From Squalus acanthias (lineage: Eukaryota), in the NCBI GenBank assembly GCA_030390025.1, contig CM059438.1, positions 53,322,001 through 53,386,000 on the forward strand: 64,000 nt of DNA, read 5' to 3'. Position 1 is the stretch's first letter. Every line of letters begins with the position of its first letter. Shown piece after piece: positions 36,985 through 50,187 of this stretch. Below the pieces are notes generated by a model. That model made no database searches. It saw only the letters and a program-made list of their open reading frames with translations, and had not been told where the DNA came from. A program made the translations under genes and the position numbers.

Positions 36985-38100
36985 TTACGCCACGTTGTTT
37001 CTGCAGTTCAGTCGCAGAGACGTCTTGGAAAGTTCTGTATTCATGGTGGACAGTGGGAATTGCTCACAGTCTTCCTGTCGGCTCCATTTACACTGCACAA
37101 TGATGGCCCGCACCTCCTTTTTGAAGTTGCTGTTCAGGAAGCCGTAGATGACCGGGTTGACACAAGTGGAAGCCATTCCGGCCAGGTGGCACAGGGAAAA
37201 GATGAGATTGTGGTGACAATGCATCACTGCTTCCAGATCCCAGTCTGCGATGGCATTGAATACATTCAACGGCAGCCAGCAGAGGGCAAATCCGACAATC
37301 AGGAACCCAAGCAACAAGGTTATCCGTCTGCTGTTTGTCAGTCTGCGATTGACCTCACCGGCTCTGTCCAACAAGTCCGTCCTTGTCCTGAGTCTCCGGT
37401 ATATCCTGCCGTAGCACACTGCAATGAAAGCAAGGGGCGCGCAGTACTGAAAGGCAAGGAGCCAAGTGGTGTAGACCAGCTTCTGCTCCCTGGATGGCCA
37501 TGACTCCGTGCAGATGGCTTGGTTGGCCAGTGGTGCGATGAAGACAGGAAGGTCCCTCAAAGGTTCGTCTGTTAAAACCTGAAAAGCCACAAGGGGCAAG
37601 GAGATGAAACAGGCCAGCATCCAGATGACCAGCACTGTCAGATAAGCTTGAGGGACACTCGGCTTCCAACCTGTGGGGTTTAGAATGAGCTGATGCCTTT
37701 CTAGAGCAATGATAACCAGGGAGAGAATGGACACTGTCACTGACATACACTGGATGAAGGTAACCATCTTACACAAGACTTCACCAAAGATCCAATAGTC
37801 CATAAGGGTGTAGACTACTGTAAAAGGGAGACAGAAGACACAGATCATGATATCTGAGAAGGACAGGTTGGCAATGAGCATGTTGGTCACATTAGTTTTC
37901 TCCTTCTGCTTTGCTATCACACAAATTAAGCAGATGTTTCCCAGTAAACCAACTGCCATGACGGCACAGTAAGAGGCCACAAGAAAGATGGTGAGGGCCG
38001 CTGAGGTTGAGCAGGGATTCCCAAAATCGGGAATGTCCCGGCCTGAGGCATTGAAGGGAATTGCGTAATTACCATATCGGAGAATGGGATCATCTTCCAT
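36985..38100 (-). CDS. NPY4R: Neuropeptide Y / pancreatic polypeptide receptor type 4, intronless 7TM GPCR, 371 aa
   Basis: Seven hydrophobic segments. Y4-type motifs: QKEK.NVTN.LIANL, MDYWIFGE.LCK, ALERHQLI.NPTGWKPS..QAYL, CTESWP, NPVIYGFLN.NFKKE, PLST..TE.SK.SLRL. Start in strong Kozak context GCCATGG. Confidence 0.88.
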   Translation of the reverse strand: MEDDPILRYGNYAIPFNASGRDIPDFGNPCSTSAALTIFLVASYCAVMAVGLLGNICLICVIAKQKEKTNVTNMLIANLSFSDIMICVFCLPFTVVYTLMDYWIFGEVLCKMVTFIQCMSVTVSILSLVIIALERHQLILNPTGWKPSVPQAYLTVLVIWMLACFISLPLVAFQVLTDEPLRDLPVFIAPLANQAICTESWPSREQKLVYTTWLLAFQYCAPLAFIAVCYGRIYRRLRTRTDLLDRAGEVNRRLTNSRRITLLLGFLIVGFALCWLPLNVFNAIADWDLEAVMHCHHNLIFSLCHLAGMASTCVNPVIYGFLNSNFKKEVRAIIVQCKWSRQEDCEQFPLSTMNTELSKTSLRLNCRNNVA

Positions 38101-38247
38101 GGCAGGGAGTCTTGCTGCTTCTGTCCAAAGTGACCTTACTCGCAAATACAGGAGGAGGTTTGAAGCTTGGAGAACATGGCTGTCACTTTAAGACAGGCAC
38201 AAGACGCTGAGAAAGTGGAATGCAGACAACATGGCTGATAGAAAAAT

Positions 38248-38600
38248 CTGCGGGGGGAAATCAACATTTATAATAGTTAATTATAAGAACAATTGAATTA
38301 GTTGAGAGATCCTCATTTAACACATCCTGTACTCTGACGCTACTCACGAATGATTGGAGATTTTCCATCCCAGGTATGTGCAGGGATTGAGTGGGAAGGT
38401 GAGCGGAGTTGTTGGAAATCCTTTGTTACAGAGTGGTTACAGTTTAACACCTCGTCCTGCCGCTGGTGCAGATAATACAGTAACCCCACGGGTGATAACT
38501 GCGGTGTCAATTATTAACCTGATCGGAGAATTTGCTAACTCGAGCGGCGCAGGATCAGATTTATCTCAGTACGATTACACCTTTAGTAAGTGTCTCTTAC
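38248..38600 (-). other. Probable 5' UTR intron of NPY4R
   Basis: Acceptor TTTCCCCCCGCAG ending at 38248; candidate donor CAG/GTAAGA at 38600. Confidence 0.45.
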
Positions 38601-38967
38601 CTGTAACACACACACACACACACATATGTCCTCGTCTTCTCACATGGTCCAGTTTGGGATTTGGAGCTCATAATATTCCATTACCGTTGTTCACAGAAGC
38701 TGCTCAGTGCGGGTGCACAGGGCTGGGCTGCCCTGGGTTTAGCGGCTGTCGGAGGCTTTGTTGAAATAGTCTTCCGTCCACAGGTTCCGGCTGGAAGTGT
38801 GGGAAGAAACCCAGTGCGATCAGCCGCTAAACACCACCGCCCTCTCTCGGGGTGGGAAGTTGGAAAATGACTTCAGCCTTTACTGTAGAATCAGCCATCC
38901 TATTGACAGAATCCGCCATCCTTCTGCACAAGCTCCCATTTCCATTGACCTTATAACCCGCCTTTAC

Positions 38968-39180
38968 ATAGGATTATATAGGATTACGTTGGATATACGG
39001 CATAGAAACAGGCCGTTCGGCCCAACCAGTCTATGCCGGCGTTTATGCTCCACTCGACCCTCCTCCCATCCTTCCTCATCTAACTCTATCAGCAGAACCC
39101 TCTATTCCCTTCTCCCTCATATGTTTGTCCAGCCTCCCCTTAAATGCATCTATAGTATTGGCCTCAACCACTCCCTGTGG
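38968..39180 (-). mobile_element. CR1 3' tail fragment
   Basis: CATAGAAACAGGCCGTTCGGCCC reverse-tail signature. Confidence 0.6.
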
Positions 39181-39394
39181 TTGGGAGTTTTTTGTTTTTT
39201 CAGATTCCCCCCCAACACTGACAATTCAGACAACAAACTACTTTTCGAAGTGTAATTTTTGTAACCAAACCACGGATTTTGCACGGTTCCGCTCTACAAG
39301 CTGGATTGAGGTGAAATGGTCTCTGTGAGGTGGGAGCTGTCAATAATGAAGGCTCCTGCCTACTAACTTTATAAGGGACTGAATTGCAAACACA

Positions 39395-40585
39395 AGTGAG
39401 GAGGATAGTGATAGACTTCAGGAAGACAGACAGGCTGGGGAATAGGCAGACACGTGGCAGATAAAATTCAAGGCAGAGAAGAGTGAGGTGATACATTTTG
39501 GTAGGAAAAATGTGGAGACACAATACACACTAAATGGTACAATTTTAAAGGGGGTGCAAGAACAGAGAGGCCTGGGGGTGTTTGTGCACAAATCTTTGAA
39601 GGTGGCAGGACAGGTTAACAAAATAGTTAATAAAGCATATGGGATCCTGGGCTTTATAAATAGAGGCCTAGAGTACAAAAGCCAGGAAGAAAGACTTGCA
39701 TTTATATAGCGCCTTTCACAACCTCAGGACGTCCCAAAGCGCTTTATAGCCAAAGAAGTACTTTTGAAGTGTAGTCACTGTTCTAATGTAGGAAACACAG
39801 CAGCCAATTCATGCTCAGCAAGCTCCCACAAACAGCAATGTGATAATGACCAGATCATCTATTTAGTGATGTTGATTGAGGGATAAATATTGGCCAGGAC
39901 ACTGGGGAGAACTCCCCTGCTCTTCTTTGAAATAGTGCCATGGGATCTTTAATGTCCACCTGACAGAGCAGACGGGGCCTCAGTTTAACATCTCATCTGA
40001 AAGACGGCACCTCCGACAGTGCAGCACTCCCTCAGTACTGCCCTGGAGTGTCAGCCTAGATTTTTGTGCTCAAGTCTCTGGAGTGGGACTTGAACCCCCA
40101 ACCTTCTGACTCAGGCGAGACTGCTACCAACTGAACCACACAGCTGACACTAAAAAAAAAACTTTGCAAGCCTCGATGCCTTCTCTGAAGAATAAACTCA
40201 GTCAGGACCTTCAAATTATGAGACAGAAGTTATGCTAAACCTATGTAAAACACTGGTTCAACCTCAGCTGGAGTATTGTCCAATTCTGGGCACCACTTTT
40301 TAGGAAGGAAGCTTTGGAGAGGGTACAGAAGAGATTTACTAGAATGGTTCCAGGGATGAGGGTATAGACTGGAGAAGCTGGGGTTCTTCTCCTTGGAGCT
40401 GAAAAGGCTAAAAGATTTGATGGAGGTGTTTAAAATCATGAAGGGTTTAGACAGAGTAATTAAAGAGAAACTGTTTCCAATGGCTGAAGGATCGATAACG
40501 AGAGGACACAAATTTAAGGTGACTGGCAAAAGAACATGAGGAAAAACATTTTTGTACACGAGTGGTTAGGATTTGGAATGCAATG
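39395..40585 (+). mobile_element. Degraded CR1 interrupted by a SINE
   Basis: IHFGRKN and GILGFINRG before 39688; the PQLEYC.QF region resumes at ~40226. Confidence 0.8.
39688..40151 (-). mobile_element. Full-length tRNA-derived Deu-domain SINE with L2-type tail (SacSINE1-like)
   Basis: Minus strand: tRNA-like head with GGTTCAAGTCCC B box, Deu-like core, and GGCGCTATATAAATGCAAG tail shared with L2. Confidence 0.8.
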
Positions 40586-41340
40586 GACACCTTAGCCAGA
40601 TTGTATTGTATTTTCGGATGCACTTGTGAAGCATTGCTTCCACAGGCCTGTGTGTGCTCTGTGATGACTCACAGAAGCATGCCCCCCCATTATACTTCTA
40701 TTGCTAGAGATATCGGAGCTAGGGCTCCATGGGATAACCTTCCTTGCCCAGGGGCCACCTTGCCCTTTTCCTTTGTGGGTCAAACACCAGAATAAAGCTG
40801 CAGAAATAGTCTTCGACTACTTTTGCCAATATACTGACATGACCTCTTTAAAGCTACTTCTGTAAACACCAGTCTCTAGCAACAAGGGATAGTGACTGAT
40901 CACTTGAACAAAGAAGGGCTGATCAGAGTCAGCATGGCTTTGGAATGGGTAAATCATGTCTGACTAATCTAGTTGAATGTTTTGAGGTCACTAATTAGGT
41001 AGATAAAGGAGTGTCTATGTATGTGATCTATAGACTTCCAGATGGCATTTAATAACATTCCACACAAAAGATTTTTGGCAAAAATTAGTGCACAGACTGG
41101 GAAGTAGCCTTTTTACTTGGGTTGGAAATTAGTTGAGAGGTAGGAGACCGAGAGTGGGGATAGAGGATATGCACTCAGATTGGCGGAATGTGACAAGAGG
41201 AATCTGTACTGGGGTCTCAACTTGTCACCATATTTATTAATGATAATAAATATGACAAATATGGTAAATATCAATGAAGGAATAGTGAGTTTATATTCAC
41301 GTTTACAGATGACACTAAATTAGGAGGGATAGTAAGTAGC

Positions 41341-42018
41341 ATAGAGTCATAACAGCACAGAAGGAGGCCATTCGGCCCATTGAGTCCATGCCAGCTCTCT
41401 GTAGAGCAATCCAGTCAGTCCCATTCCCCCACTCTTGGTCCTGCAAGTTTATTTCGCTCAAGTGCCTATCCAGTCTCCCCTTGAAAACATTGAGTGTCTC
41501 CGCTTCCACCACTTCCATCGGCAGCGAGTTCCAAGTCCTCACCACTCGCCGCGTAAAAAAGTTTTTCCCTCACAGACCCCCTGTATCTCTTGCCCAAAAC
41601 CTTAAATCTGTGTCCCCTAGTCCTTGTACCATCAACTAGTGGGAACAGCCTTTCCCCGTCTAGCCTATCCAAACCCGTCATAATCTTGTACACTTCTATC
41701 AAATCACCCAACCTCCTTTGCTCTAATGAAAACAAATCCAGCTTCTCCAACTTGTCCTTGTAGCTAAGATCCCCCATCCCCGGAACCATTCTGGTAAATC
41801 TCCTCTGCGCCCTCTCAAGGGCCTTCACATCATTCCTAAAGTGTGGTGACCAGAACTGAACATAATACTCCAGTTGTGGCCGAACCAGCACTTTATAAAG
41901 GTTCAGCATAACTTCTCTACTTTTGTACTCAATACCTCTATTTATGAAACCCAAGATCCCATATGCTTTGCTAACCAGTCTCTCAATATGTCCCGCCACC
42001 TTCAGGGACCTATGCACA
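41341..42018 (-). mobile_element. CR1 3' fragment
   Basis: ORF 41466-42134 (LVRPQLEY, TRGH). Confidence 0.85.
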
Positions 42019-42569
42019 TTAATGGGAGCAGGAAGTTGCAAAGGGACATACGGATAAAATGAGTGGGCAAAACTATGGCAAATGGATTTCAACGTGGGCA
42101 AGTGTGAGGACCCAAGAAGTATAAATTGCAGCATTTGCTAAATGGTGAGAAACTAGGAACTGTAGAAAGTCTGCTCACAAAGTTATGCTTCAATTGTACA
42201 GAACCTTGGTCAGACCCACCTGGAGTACTGCGTTCAGGTTTGGGCACCACACCTCAGGAAGGATATATTGGGCTTGGACAGGGTGCAGCGCAGATTCACC
42301 AGAATGATACTTGGGCTTAGAGGGTTATAGTATGAGGTTGCATCAACCTGGCTTGTATTTCCTGGAGTTTAGGAGAGTGAGGGGTGATCTAATCAAGGTG
42401 TTTAAAATGATAAAGGGATTTGATAGGGTAAATAAAGAGAAACTGTTTCCTCTAGTGGGGGAAAACCCAGAAGGGGGCATATTCTTATACAGCTAGTCCA
42501 TTTAGGAGTGAAATCAGGAAGCACTTTTTCCATAGAAAGGGAAATGGAAATCTGGAATTCCCTCTCCTA

Positions 42570-44107
42570 CATAAGAACATAAGAACTAGGAGCAGGAGTA
42601 GGCCATTTGGCCCCTCAAGCCTGCTCCGCCATTCAATAAGATCATGGCTGATCTTCGACCTCAACTCCACTTTCCTGCCCGCTCCCCATAACCCTCGACT
42701 CCCCTATAGTTCAAAAATCTGTATCTCCACCTTAAATATATTCAATTACCCAGCCTCCACAGCTCTCTGGGGTAGAGAATTCCAAAGATTCACGACCCTC
42801 AGAGAAGAAATTCTTCCTCATCCCCATTTTAAATGGGCGACCCCTTATTCTGAAACTATGCGCCCTAGTTCTAGATTCCCCCACGAGGGAAACATCCTCT
42901 CTGCATCTACCCTGTCAAGCCCCTTCAGAATCTTGTATGTTTCAATAAGATCCCCTCTCATTCTTCTAATCTCCAATGAGTATAGGCCCAATCTGCTCAA
43001 CCTTTCTTCATAAGACAACCGTTCCATCTCAGGAATCAACCTCGTGAACCTTCTCTGAACTGCCTCCAATGCAAGTATATCCCTCCTTAAATAAGGAGAA
43101 AATTGTACGCCGTACTCCAGGTGCGGTCTCACCAATGCCCTGTAGTCGCAGCAAGACTTCCCTACTTTTATTCTCCATCCCCTTGCAATAAAGGCCAACA
43201 TTCCATTTGCCTTCCTAATTACTTGCTGTACCTGCATGCTGACTCTGTGTTTTATGTACAAGGACCCCCAGATCCCTCTGTACCACAACATTTTGTAGTC
43301 TCTCTCCATTTAAATAATTTTCTTTTTTATTCTTCCTACCAAAAAGTGGATAACCTCACATTTTCCCACATTATACCCCATCTGCCAATGTTTTGTCCAT
43401 TCACTTAACCTATCTATATCCCTTTGCAGATTCTGTGCCCTCCTCACAATTTGCTTTCCCACCTATCTTTGTATCAACAGCAAATTTGGCTACATTACAC
43501 TCGGTCCCTTCATCCAAGTCATTAATATAGATTGTAAATAGTTGAGGCCCCAGCACTGATCCCTGTGGCACCCCACTAGTTAGTTTGCCAACCTGAAAAT
43601 GACCCATTTATCCCAACTCTGTTTTCTGTTAGCCAAACCGCTACCTATGCTACCATATTACCCCAACCCCGTGAGCTCTTATCTTGTGCAGTAACCTTTT
43701 ATGTGGCACTTTATCTGAATACCTTCTGGAAATCCAAATACACTACATCTACTGGTTCCCCTTTATCCACCCTGCTCGTTACATTCTCAAAGAACTCCAG
43801 CAAATTTGTCAAACATGATTTCCCTTTCATAAAATCATGCTGACTCTGCTTGATTGTATTATGATTTTCTAAATGTCCTGCTACTACTTCCTTAATAATG
43901 GGCTCCAGCATTTTCCCAATGACAGATGTTAGGCTAACTGGCCTATAGTGTCCTGCTTTCTGTCTCCCTCCTTTCTTGAATAGGGCCATTAGATTTGCGG
44001 TTTTCCAATCCGCTGGGACCTCTCCAGAATCTAGGGAATTTTGGTAGATTACAACCAATGCATCCACTATCTCTGCAGCCACTTCTTTTAAGACCCTAGG
44101 ATGCAGA
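42570..44107 (-). mobile_element. CR1 (HER1-like) 3' half, frameshifted
   Basis: RT motifs in ORFs 42845-44082; CATAAGAACATAAGAA tail. Confidence 0.9.
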
Positions 44108-46494
44108 CAAGAGTATCAAGGTATATGGAGCAAAGGCAGGTCAATGGATTTGAGGTACAGATCTGCCATAGATCCAATAGAATGCTGGAACAGGCTCGAG
44201 GTGAAGAGCAGCCTCTTCCTACAGCCACCATATAAATACAAGTTGTTAAAATAGTCCACAACAGAGTTGAATACAAATTTTAATACATTAAGAAAAACTG
44301 GTCTCGCAATGTAAAGAGGGATGTTTTTAAGAAACAGATATATACAAGTAGTGAGCTAGATCACGGTAATATCACAAGCCTTGGCCTGTGAAAGCTGGTT
44401 AGCGTCCATTATCCCAGAGTTGAAACATTGTGGTTACGGTTATTAGTCTATGCAGAATTGCTTGGCAACCCACATTAACTACCCATGTTAAAATTCATCC
44501 AGCCTATCCAATATGAACCAATTTACACTTCACAAATGTCAGCTGCCCTCTGGTAAATCATCCATCGTTTATGCGCAAACCTGAACAAGTGCCACCAAAG
44601 AGGGCATCACAACCAACCCAAACCCATACTTATGAATTTTAGTGGTTTTTGGAATTGCTTGGTACAATTCTGCTGCTTTTGTGAAAACAGAGAACTTGTA
44701 GCCTTGAATAAAATGGATATTTAACAGTAATAAAGTCCCACTTTTTTCCTCATTCCATAGGTACTGCATATCTGGCGGATCTGAAAATCTCTCATTAAAG
44801 TCCAAAGCTCACTCTCTGTTTCGGATATCTGAGAAACCAGGGCGAGCCACAATTAGCATCAACTCCTTGGTAAAATAAACCAGTCCTGCCAAAAGCTACC
44901 ATTCTGATTCTTACTTGCAACAGAGTCAATAATTGCACTCGTGATGTTCTAGCACAGGGACAATGTTCATGGGGACACAAGGAAGGTGGCCCTTTAGCTG
45001 CTCCAATGTTGACACCAGCCTTCGCATCATGCGAGGACAACACACTGATCCAGGCCCATTCTCAATGGTGGCGATGTTGGCAGATGCTAGAGGTCAGTGT
45101 CTCAGGAAAGAAGCTGTGACTGCAACTGGAAAAACCTCAAACAATAGTGCTGGCTGACTAGTTTCACAAATTCAAATCATTGATCAGTCACTAAGAGTGA
45201 GGAGGTTAGGAGAAATCTCTTTAGGCAGAGGGATGTTGCAGCATGCAATGCTTTGCCAGAGGCAATAGTTGAGGCAGACACCATTTCATCTTGTAAGAGA
45301 AAAGTGCATAAATATTTGAAACAGACAAAAATACAGGACTATGTAGAGAGGACCTTAGGATTAGCTTTCCATTGCTCTAGCAGAGAGCCAGCACCAACAC
45401 GATGGGCCAAACGGCCTCCTTCCATGCTGTAAGCTGGTTTGGCTCAATAATTGCTCCAGAATTGGTCAAGATGGTTTCCAAAAATATCCTTCCATTTTAT
45501 CTCCAGAGCAAAGTCCTCCTCACAACCCTTCAGGACCTGAAAGAATGATGAGTGAAGAATACAAAGTGCTGAGAATCACTGAGGAAATTAAACTGTTAAC
45601 AGGGCTTTATAAAAAAGTAAACTGCAGAAATGGAGAGATGACAAAGTTCATCATAAAGAATTGAAACACTTCTTATATAAGCAGCTGTCAAAGATAAAGT
45701 CCAGTGAAGGTCAGCGAAGAGTGAGCAAAGCAGAGAGATTGTTACAATGCTAAAGAGAAATGCAATGTATTACAAGCAGAACTAGACCAAATGCACAGAT
45801 TATTGTAAACATCGCCAACCATATAATTGAGCTTCAATAAAATTCTTGTAGAAAGTTATCAGGAAGACACCACATGCCTTTGGAATAACAGTTTCTTCTA
45901 TGTAAATTCAATGCCACAGGAAAACAGGCATTCCAGGGGCAAAGGTAATTTGTTCTTTTAATATTGAAAATATAGGTAAATTCTTACAAGTACGACAGTA
46001 CGGCACACTACTGATACAAAATATTAAAATGCTGAATGCTTCCGAGATGCAAACTGAAATTTACCAGCATATTCCAATCTACAAAGTTCCTTGATAAAAC
46101 AGCAATAAAACCAAAATGGCCTCAGGTTGTGTTTACATAAAGCAATTGGGACTTTCTAGCCTTAAAGGATCAGGCCACCTCAGCTGCAGAATAATACATT
46201 GAACATTACAATGTATAATACTGTATCATCCAATCTATGAGCAATACCACAGGGATCCTCTAGCATTTGGCTCTAAAACCTCCACCACAGCCACAGGTTT
46301 TCCACTCCTCAGGTCCTCCCTCCCAGCCCAAGCACCAATCCAAGGCTCTATATGCTCCCCCTTGACCTCAATCCCTGGTCCAGTTAGTTTCACCTGTGTA
46401 AGCTGCAGAATACCAGCTCGTGCACAGCCTGGCTCCACCCAACTGCAGTTCTCACCTCCAACTCGGTGCACATTGGCTGCCATCCTGGACTATT

Positions 46495-46885
46495 GGGCCA
46501 GCTCGTAGCGCTCACATCAAGTCAGAAGATGGGTCCGAGTCCTACTCTAGACTTGAGCACGTTGTCTAGACTGACATTTCAGTGCAGTTCTCAGGCAGTG
46601 CTGCATTGTCAACCAGCCGTCAGCTCCATGTACTAATGGACTAAAAGATCCCATGGTACTATTCAGAGAGAAGCATGGAGTTCTTCCAGTGCCCTGGCCA
46701 ACATTCCTTCCTCAACTATTACCAAAACAGATTAATTGGTCATTCATCTCATTTGCTGTTTTGTGCGACCTTGCTGTGCACAAATTAACTGCTGCATTTG
46801 TCTACATAACAGTGACTGCACTTCAAAAGATAATTCACTGGCTGCTTTGCAATGTCCCAAGGACACAAGGCACCTTATACATGGA
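46495..46885 (+). mobile_element. Deu-domain SINE, diverged copy
   Basis: Collinear with the reverse complement of 39688-40151 (AAAAGATCCCATGG, CCTGGCCAACATT, TTGCTGTGCACAAATT). Confidence 0.75.
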
Positions 46886-47199
46886 AGCTCTTTTTCTTTA
46901 TGTAAAGACAAGACACAAAAATTCAGTACTGGAAAATGCATGACAATCACACAGGACAGAAAGGAGGCAGAGTGAAGGAGACTTACAGTAAGGAAAACTG
47001 ATAAATAGTTAAACACAGACATGTGAAGCATAGGGAGAGGGAGTAAGAGTGGAAGACAAGCAGAAAAACCAAAGACAAGTGAGAGGGGAAGAAGAGTTGC
47101 AAGAAGATGGTGTCAAATTTCTGAAAAACATTTGCACGTGAACAATGACACAGATCTCCCTATAACCGACTGTGCACTAAATGCTCGAATGTTCACGCT

Positions 47200-48136
47200 T
47201 TTATGTAGCCAAATTTGCTGATGATACAAAGATAGGTGGGAAAGCAAATTGTGTGGAGGACGCAAAGAATCTCCAAAGGGATATAGATAGGCTAAGTGAG
47301 TGGGCAAAAATCTGGCAGATGGTGTTTAATGTGGGAAAATGCGAGGTTATCCACTTTGGTAGGAAAAATAAAAAAGCAAATTATTTAAAATGGGAGAGAT
47401 TACAAAATGCTGAGGTACAGAGGGATCTGGGGGACCTTGTACATGAATCACAAAAAGTTAGCATGCAGGTACAGCAAGTAATTAGGAAGGCAAATAGAGT
47501 GTTGGCCTGTATTGCAAAGGGAATGGAGTATAAAAGTAGGGAAGTCCTGTTACAACTGTACAGGGCATTGGTGAGACCACAGCTGGAGTACTGCGTACAG
47601 TTTTGGTCTCCTTATTCAAGGAAGGATATACTTGCATTGGAGGCAGTTCAGAGAAGGAGGTTGATTCCGGAGATGAAGGGGTTGTCTTATGAAGAAAGGT
47701 TGAGCAGGTTGGGCCTATACTCATTGGAGTTTAGAAGAATGAGAGGGGATCTTATTGAAACATACAAGATTCTGAAGGGGCTCAACAGGGTAGACGCAGA
47801 GAGGATGTTTCCCCTCGTGGGGGAATCTAGAACTAGGGGGCATCATTTCAGAATAAGGGGGCACCCTTTTAGAACGGAAATGAGGAGGAATTTCTTCTCT
47901 CAGAGGGTCGTGAATCTTTGGAATTCTCTTCCCCAGAGAGCTGTGGAGGCGGGGTCATTGAATATATTTAAGGTGGAGATAAACAGATTTTTCAAAGGTA
48001 AGGGAGATAAGGGTTATGGGGAGTGGGCAGGAAAGTGGAGTTGAGGCCAAGATCAGATCAGCCATGATCTAATTGAATGGCGGAGCAGGCTCAAGGGGCC
48101 AAATGATCTACCCCTGCTCCTACGTATAATGTTCTT
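47200..48136 (+). mobile_element. CR1 (HER1-like) 3' fragment
   Basis: ORF 47181-48044 from FADDTK to the C-terminus, plus 3' UTR and TTCTTATG tail. Confidence 0.9.
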
Positions 48137-49887
48137 ATGTATGTTCTAGAGCATCCTCTGAACCCACCATGAGCAATGCCACAGGATATAGTCTAGTGCA
48201 GAATAAAGTAGCTCTAAAATTGGATTTGTAATATGGAATAAAACACCAGTACTGTGACCAATTCAAAAGTTTTATTTCTAATAAAAAAAACAATTTTTTG
48301 TACAGTTTATACATCAGCATTCGACACACATCAGGACTGAAGTTTGAGGTGAGTGGAAGGTCCTGGTCCCAACAATGCTGAAGCATTCTGGTCCTCCAGC
48401 TTTTCACTAGCGGAAATCAGTCTCCTATTTGTAGTGCTAGGCATCTATTTGTAGTAAGCCTCGTCTAAGCAGTAAACTAGAGCTGCAGTATACAGGTACT
48501 ACAAACCTCTTCCCATGGTATTCTCTGTAGGTCCTGATTTAACCCCTGTGCAATTATCCAAACCTCAATGGTTTTAAAGAAACAGCAGCACAACTCTTGC
48601 CCAAGGAAACTGAAATTTGAGGGGTTGCATTTCTTAATTTGCAGCAGCAAATAATATGTCACAATCAGCGCTAACTAGCCTTTCATTCTGCTCATTTCAC
48701 ACAGGAGCTGCCGCCAACAATGGCACCAAAGTAAAGATGAGAAAATCTACACATCCAACTGCTCCTGAGAGCTGGGTTTTCATGATCCTAAGAGCTATTA
48801 TTGGAGGTAGCACTCAATGCCACCTCCCATCCCACAGCCCTGGATCCAATAGATGTGGCATCATATTGCAAATGGAAAGCAGGGGCAGCAAGCAGTGCTC
48901 GGTAAGATTTCCACTTCCATTCTGCTCTCCTGGAATTCTAACTACAAAACAAGTGGTACTTGGGTGAACAGCAGGCCCCATCCTGTGGGAATGAGCAAGT
49001 TAAACTGGCAATCCTTGGCCTCAAATTGTGGCGATTAGCCCGGGGGCAGGGGAGGAAGAGCAGAGAGAGCAAGAAACTTGGCAGCTGTCAAACTGTTTCA
49101 CAAATTTCACCGCCGGTATGTTCGACATGCAAATCAAAAAGGGGAAGGGGAGAAAATCTCACTCTGCAATTTTTAAATCAGAGACTGTAGCATTGTCCGC
49201 AGGGCCGGGGGAGAGCAGCAGGGCCCAGCGACACCATCCCCGGTGCCGATTTATTTTAAAACAAGATAAAATCAATGGTGACAAATTGTCTTCCGAGGGC
49301 GAGGGAAGACAATGAAAATTTTAAAAAACAACAGCATGCTGCCAGATTTTCCAATTCTGGATCAGATGTCAACAACCAATGACTGGTGATAACGACAAAC
49401 GAAAGGCACACACTGGCACTCCTGGCAAACTCCCACCAAACTGCAGACTGTCAACCTCCTGTTTCTCTTCAACAGGGCCTCTGCTGAGATCATAAATGTG
49501 CAAATATCTTGAGGGTAAGAGTGCCAGATACTTGTGACAAGGCAAAAAAAAACAAACAATTTCACTCTTTACTTTCCCATTCCACCTGCATCATGGTCAA
49601 TGGTTTGAAATTAAGCTCATTATTCATATTCCAGGCAGCAATAAGTCTCAAACTGAAAAAAATCTGCATCGGTAACCTACTGTGCAAAAAACAAAATCAC
49701 TAAAAAAAAAAAGCCCTGCTTTAAAAACTTTACAGGATGGCTTGTCAGATCAATAACCTTAAGAACGCAGACTGATCCTAACTCTGCACTCCAGCAACTT
49801 GCTAAAACTAGAGCTCTTCCCTACAGGGGAGAGCAGGACGGGGAGGTGCAACTAACACCTGACTAAAGAGATGTCTCCAGCCATCTC

Positions 49888-49994
49888 TCACAGACCACAC
49901 AGTTGGATTCCTCCATTCATATCATCACTGTCAAGTACTTTGAAAACCTTCTGTGTCAGGCTTTTGAGTCCTGAGGTACGTTTCTTCATTTCTT
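49888..49994 (-). CDS. HELLS: HELLS terminal coding exon (..EMKKRTSGLKSLTQKVFKVLDSDDMNGGIQLCGL*)
   Basis: TTACAG acceptor; phase 1 matches the previous exon; FKVL matches the FKIL motif of HELLS C-termini; TGA at 49888-49890. Confidence 0.8.
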
Positions 49995-50187
49995 CTGTAA
50001 GAAAACAATTAAAGTACAACATAGATCACACCAGCAATGGCTTGTACAAGCTGAAGATATGTCTCACTGAAAAACAATTCTTCCAAGCAACATTTCAGAA
50101 GCCCGACAGTGCATCCCTCCAGTACCTGTGCAAATCAATACTGCTCCGTGCTTACCTTTACAGGAAATTGTTTTTAAAACAAGTAAA

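Larger units (their letters stand above)
40885..44220 (+). mobile_element. Old plus-strand CR1 in three pieces (40885-41340, 42020-42570, 44108-44220)
   Basis: Collinear decayed RT, C-terminal and 3' UTR segments separated by two younger minus-strand CR1s. Confidence 0.7.

Noticed and set aside
36985..38100. Assignment as NPY8R, NPY1R or NPY6R
   Set aside because: MDYWIFGE, GWKPS..QAYL, CTESWP and NFKKE fit Y4 better by recall; a phylogeny would settle it.
38101..38145. N-terminal extension of the receptor given by the ORF track
   Set aside because: It starts at a non-ATG codon; the first in-frame ATG at 38100 has a strong Kozak context.
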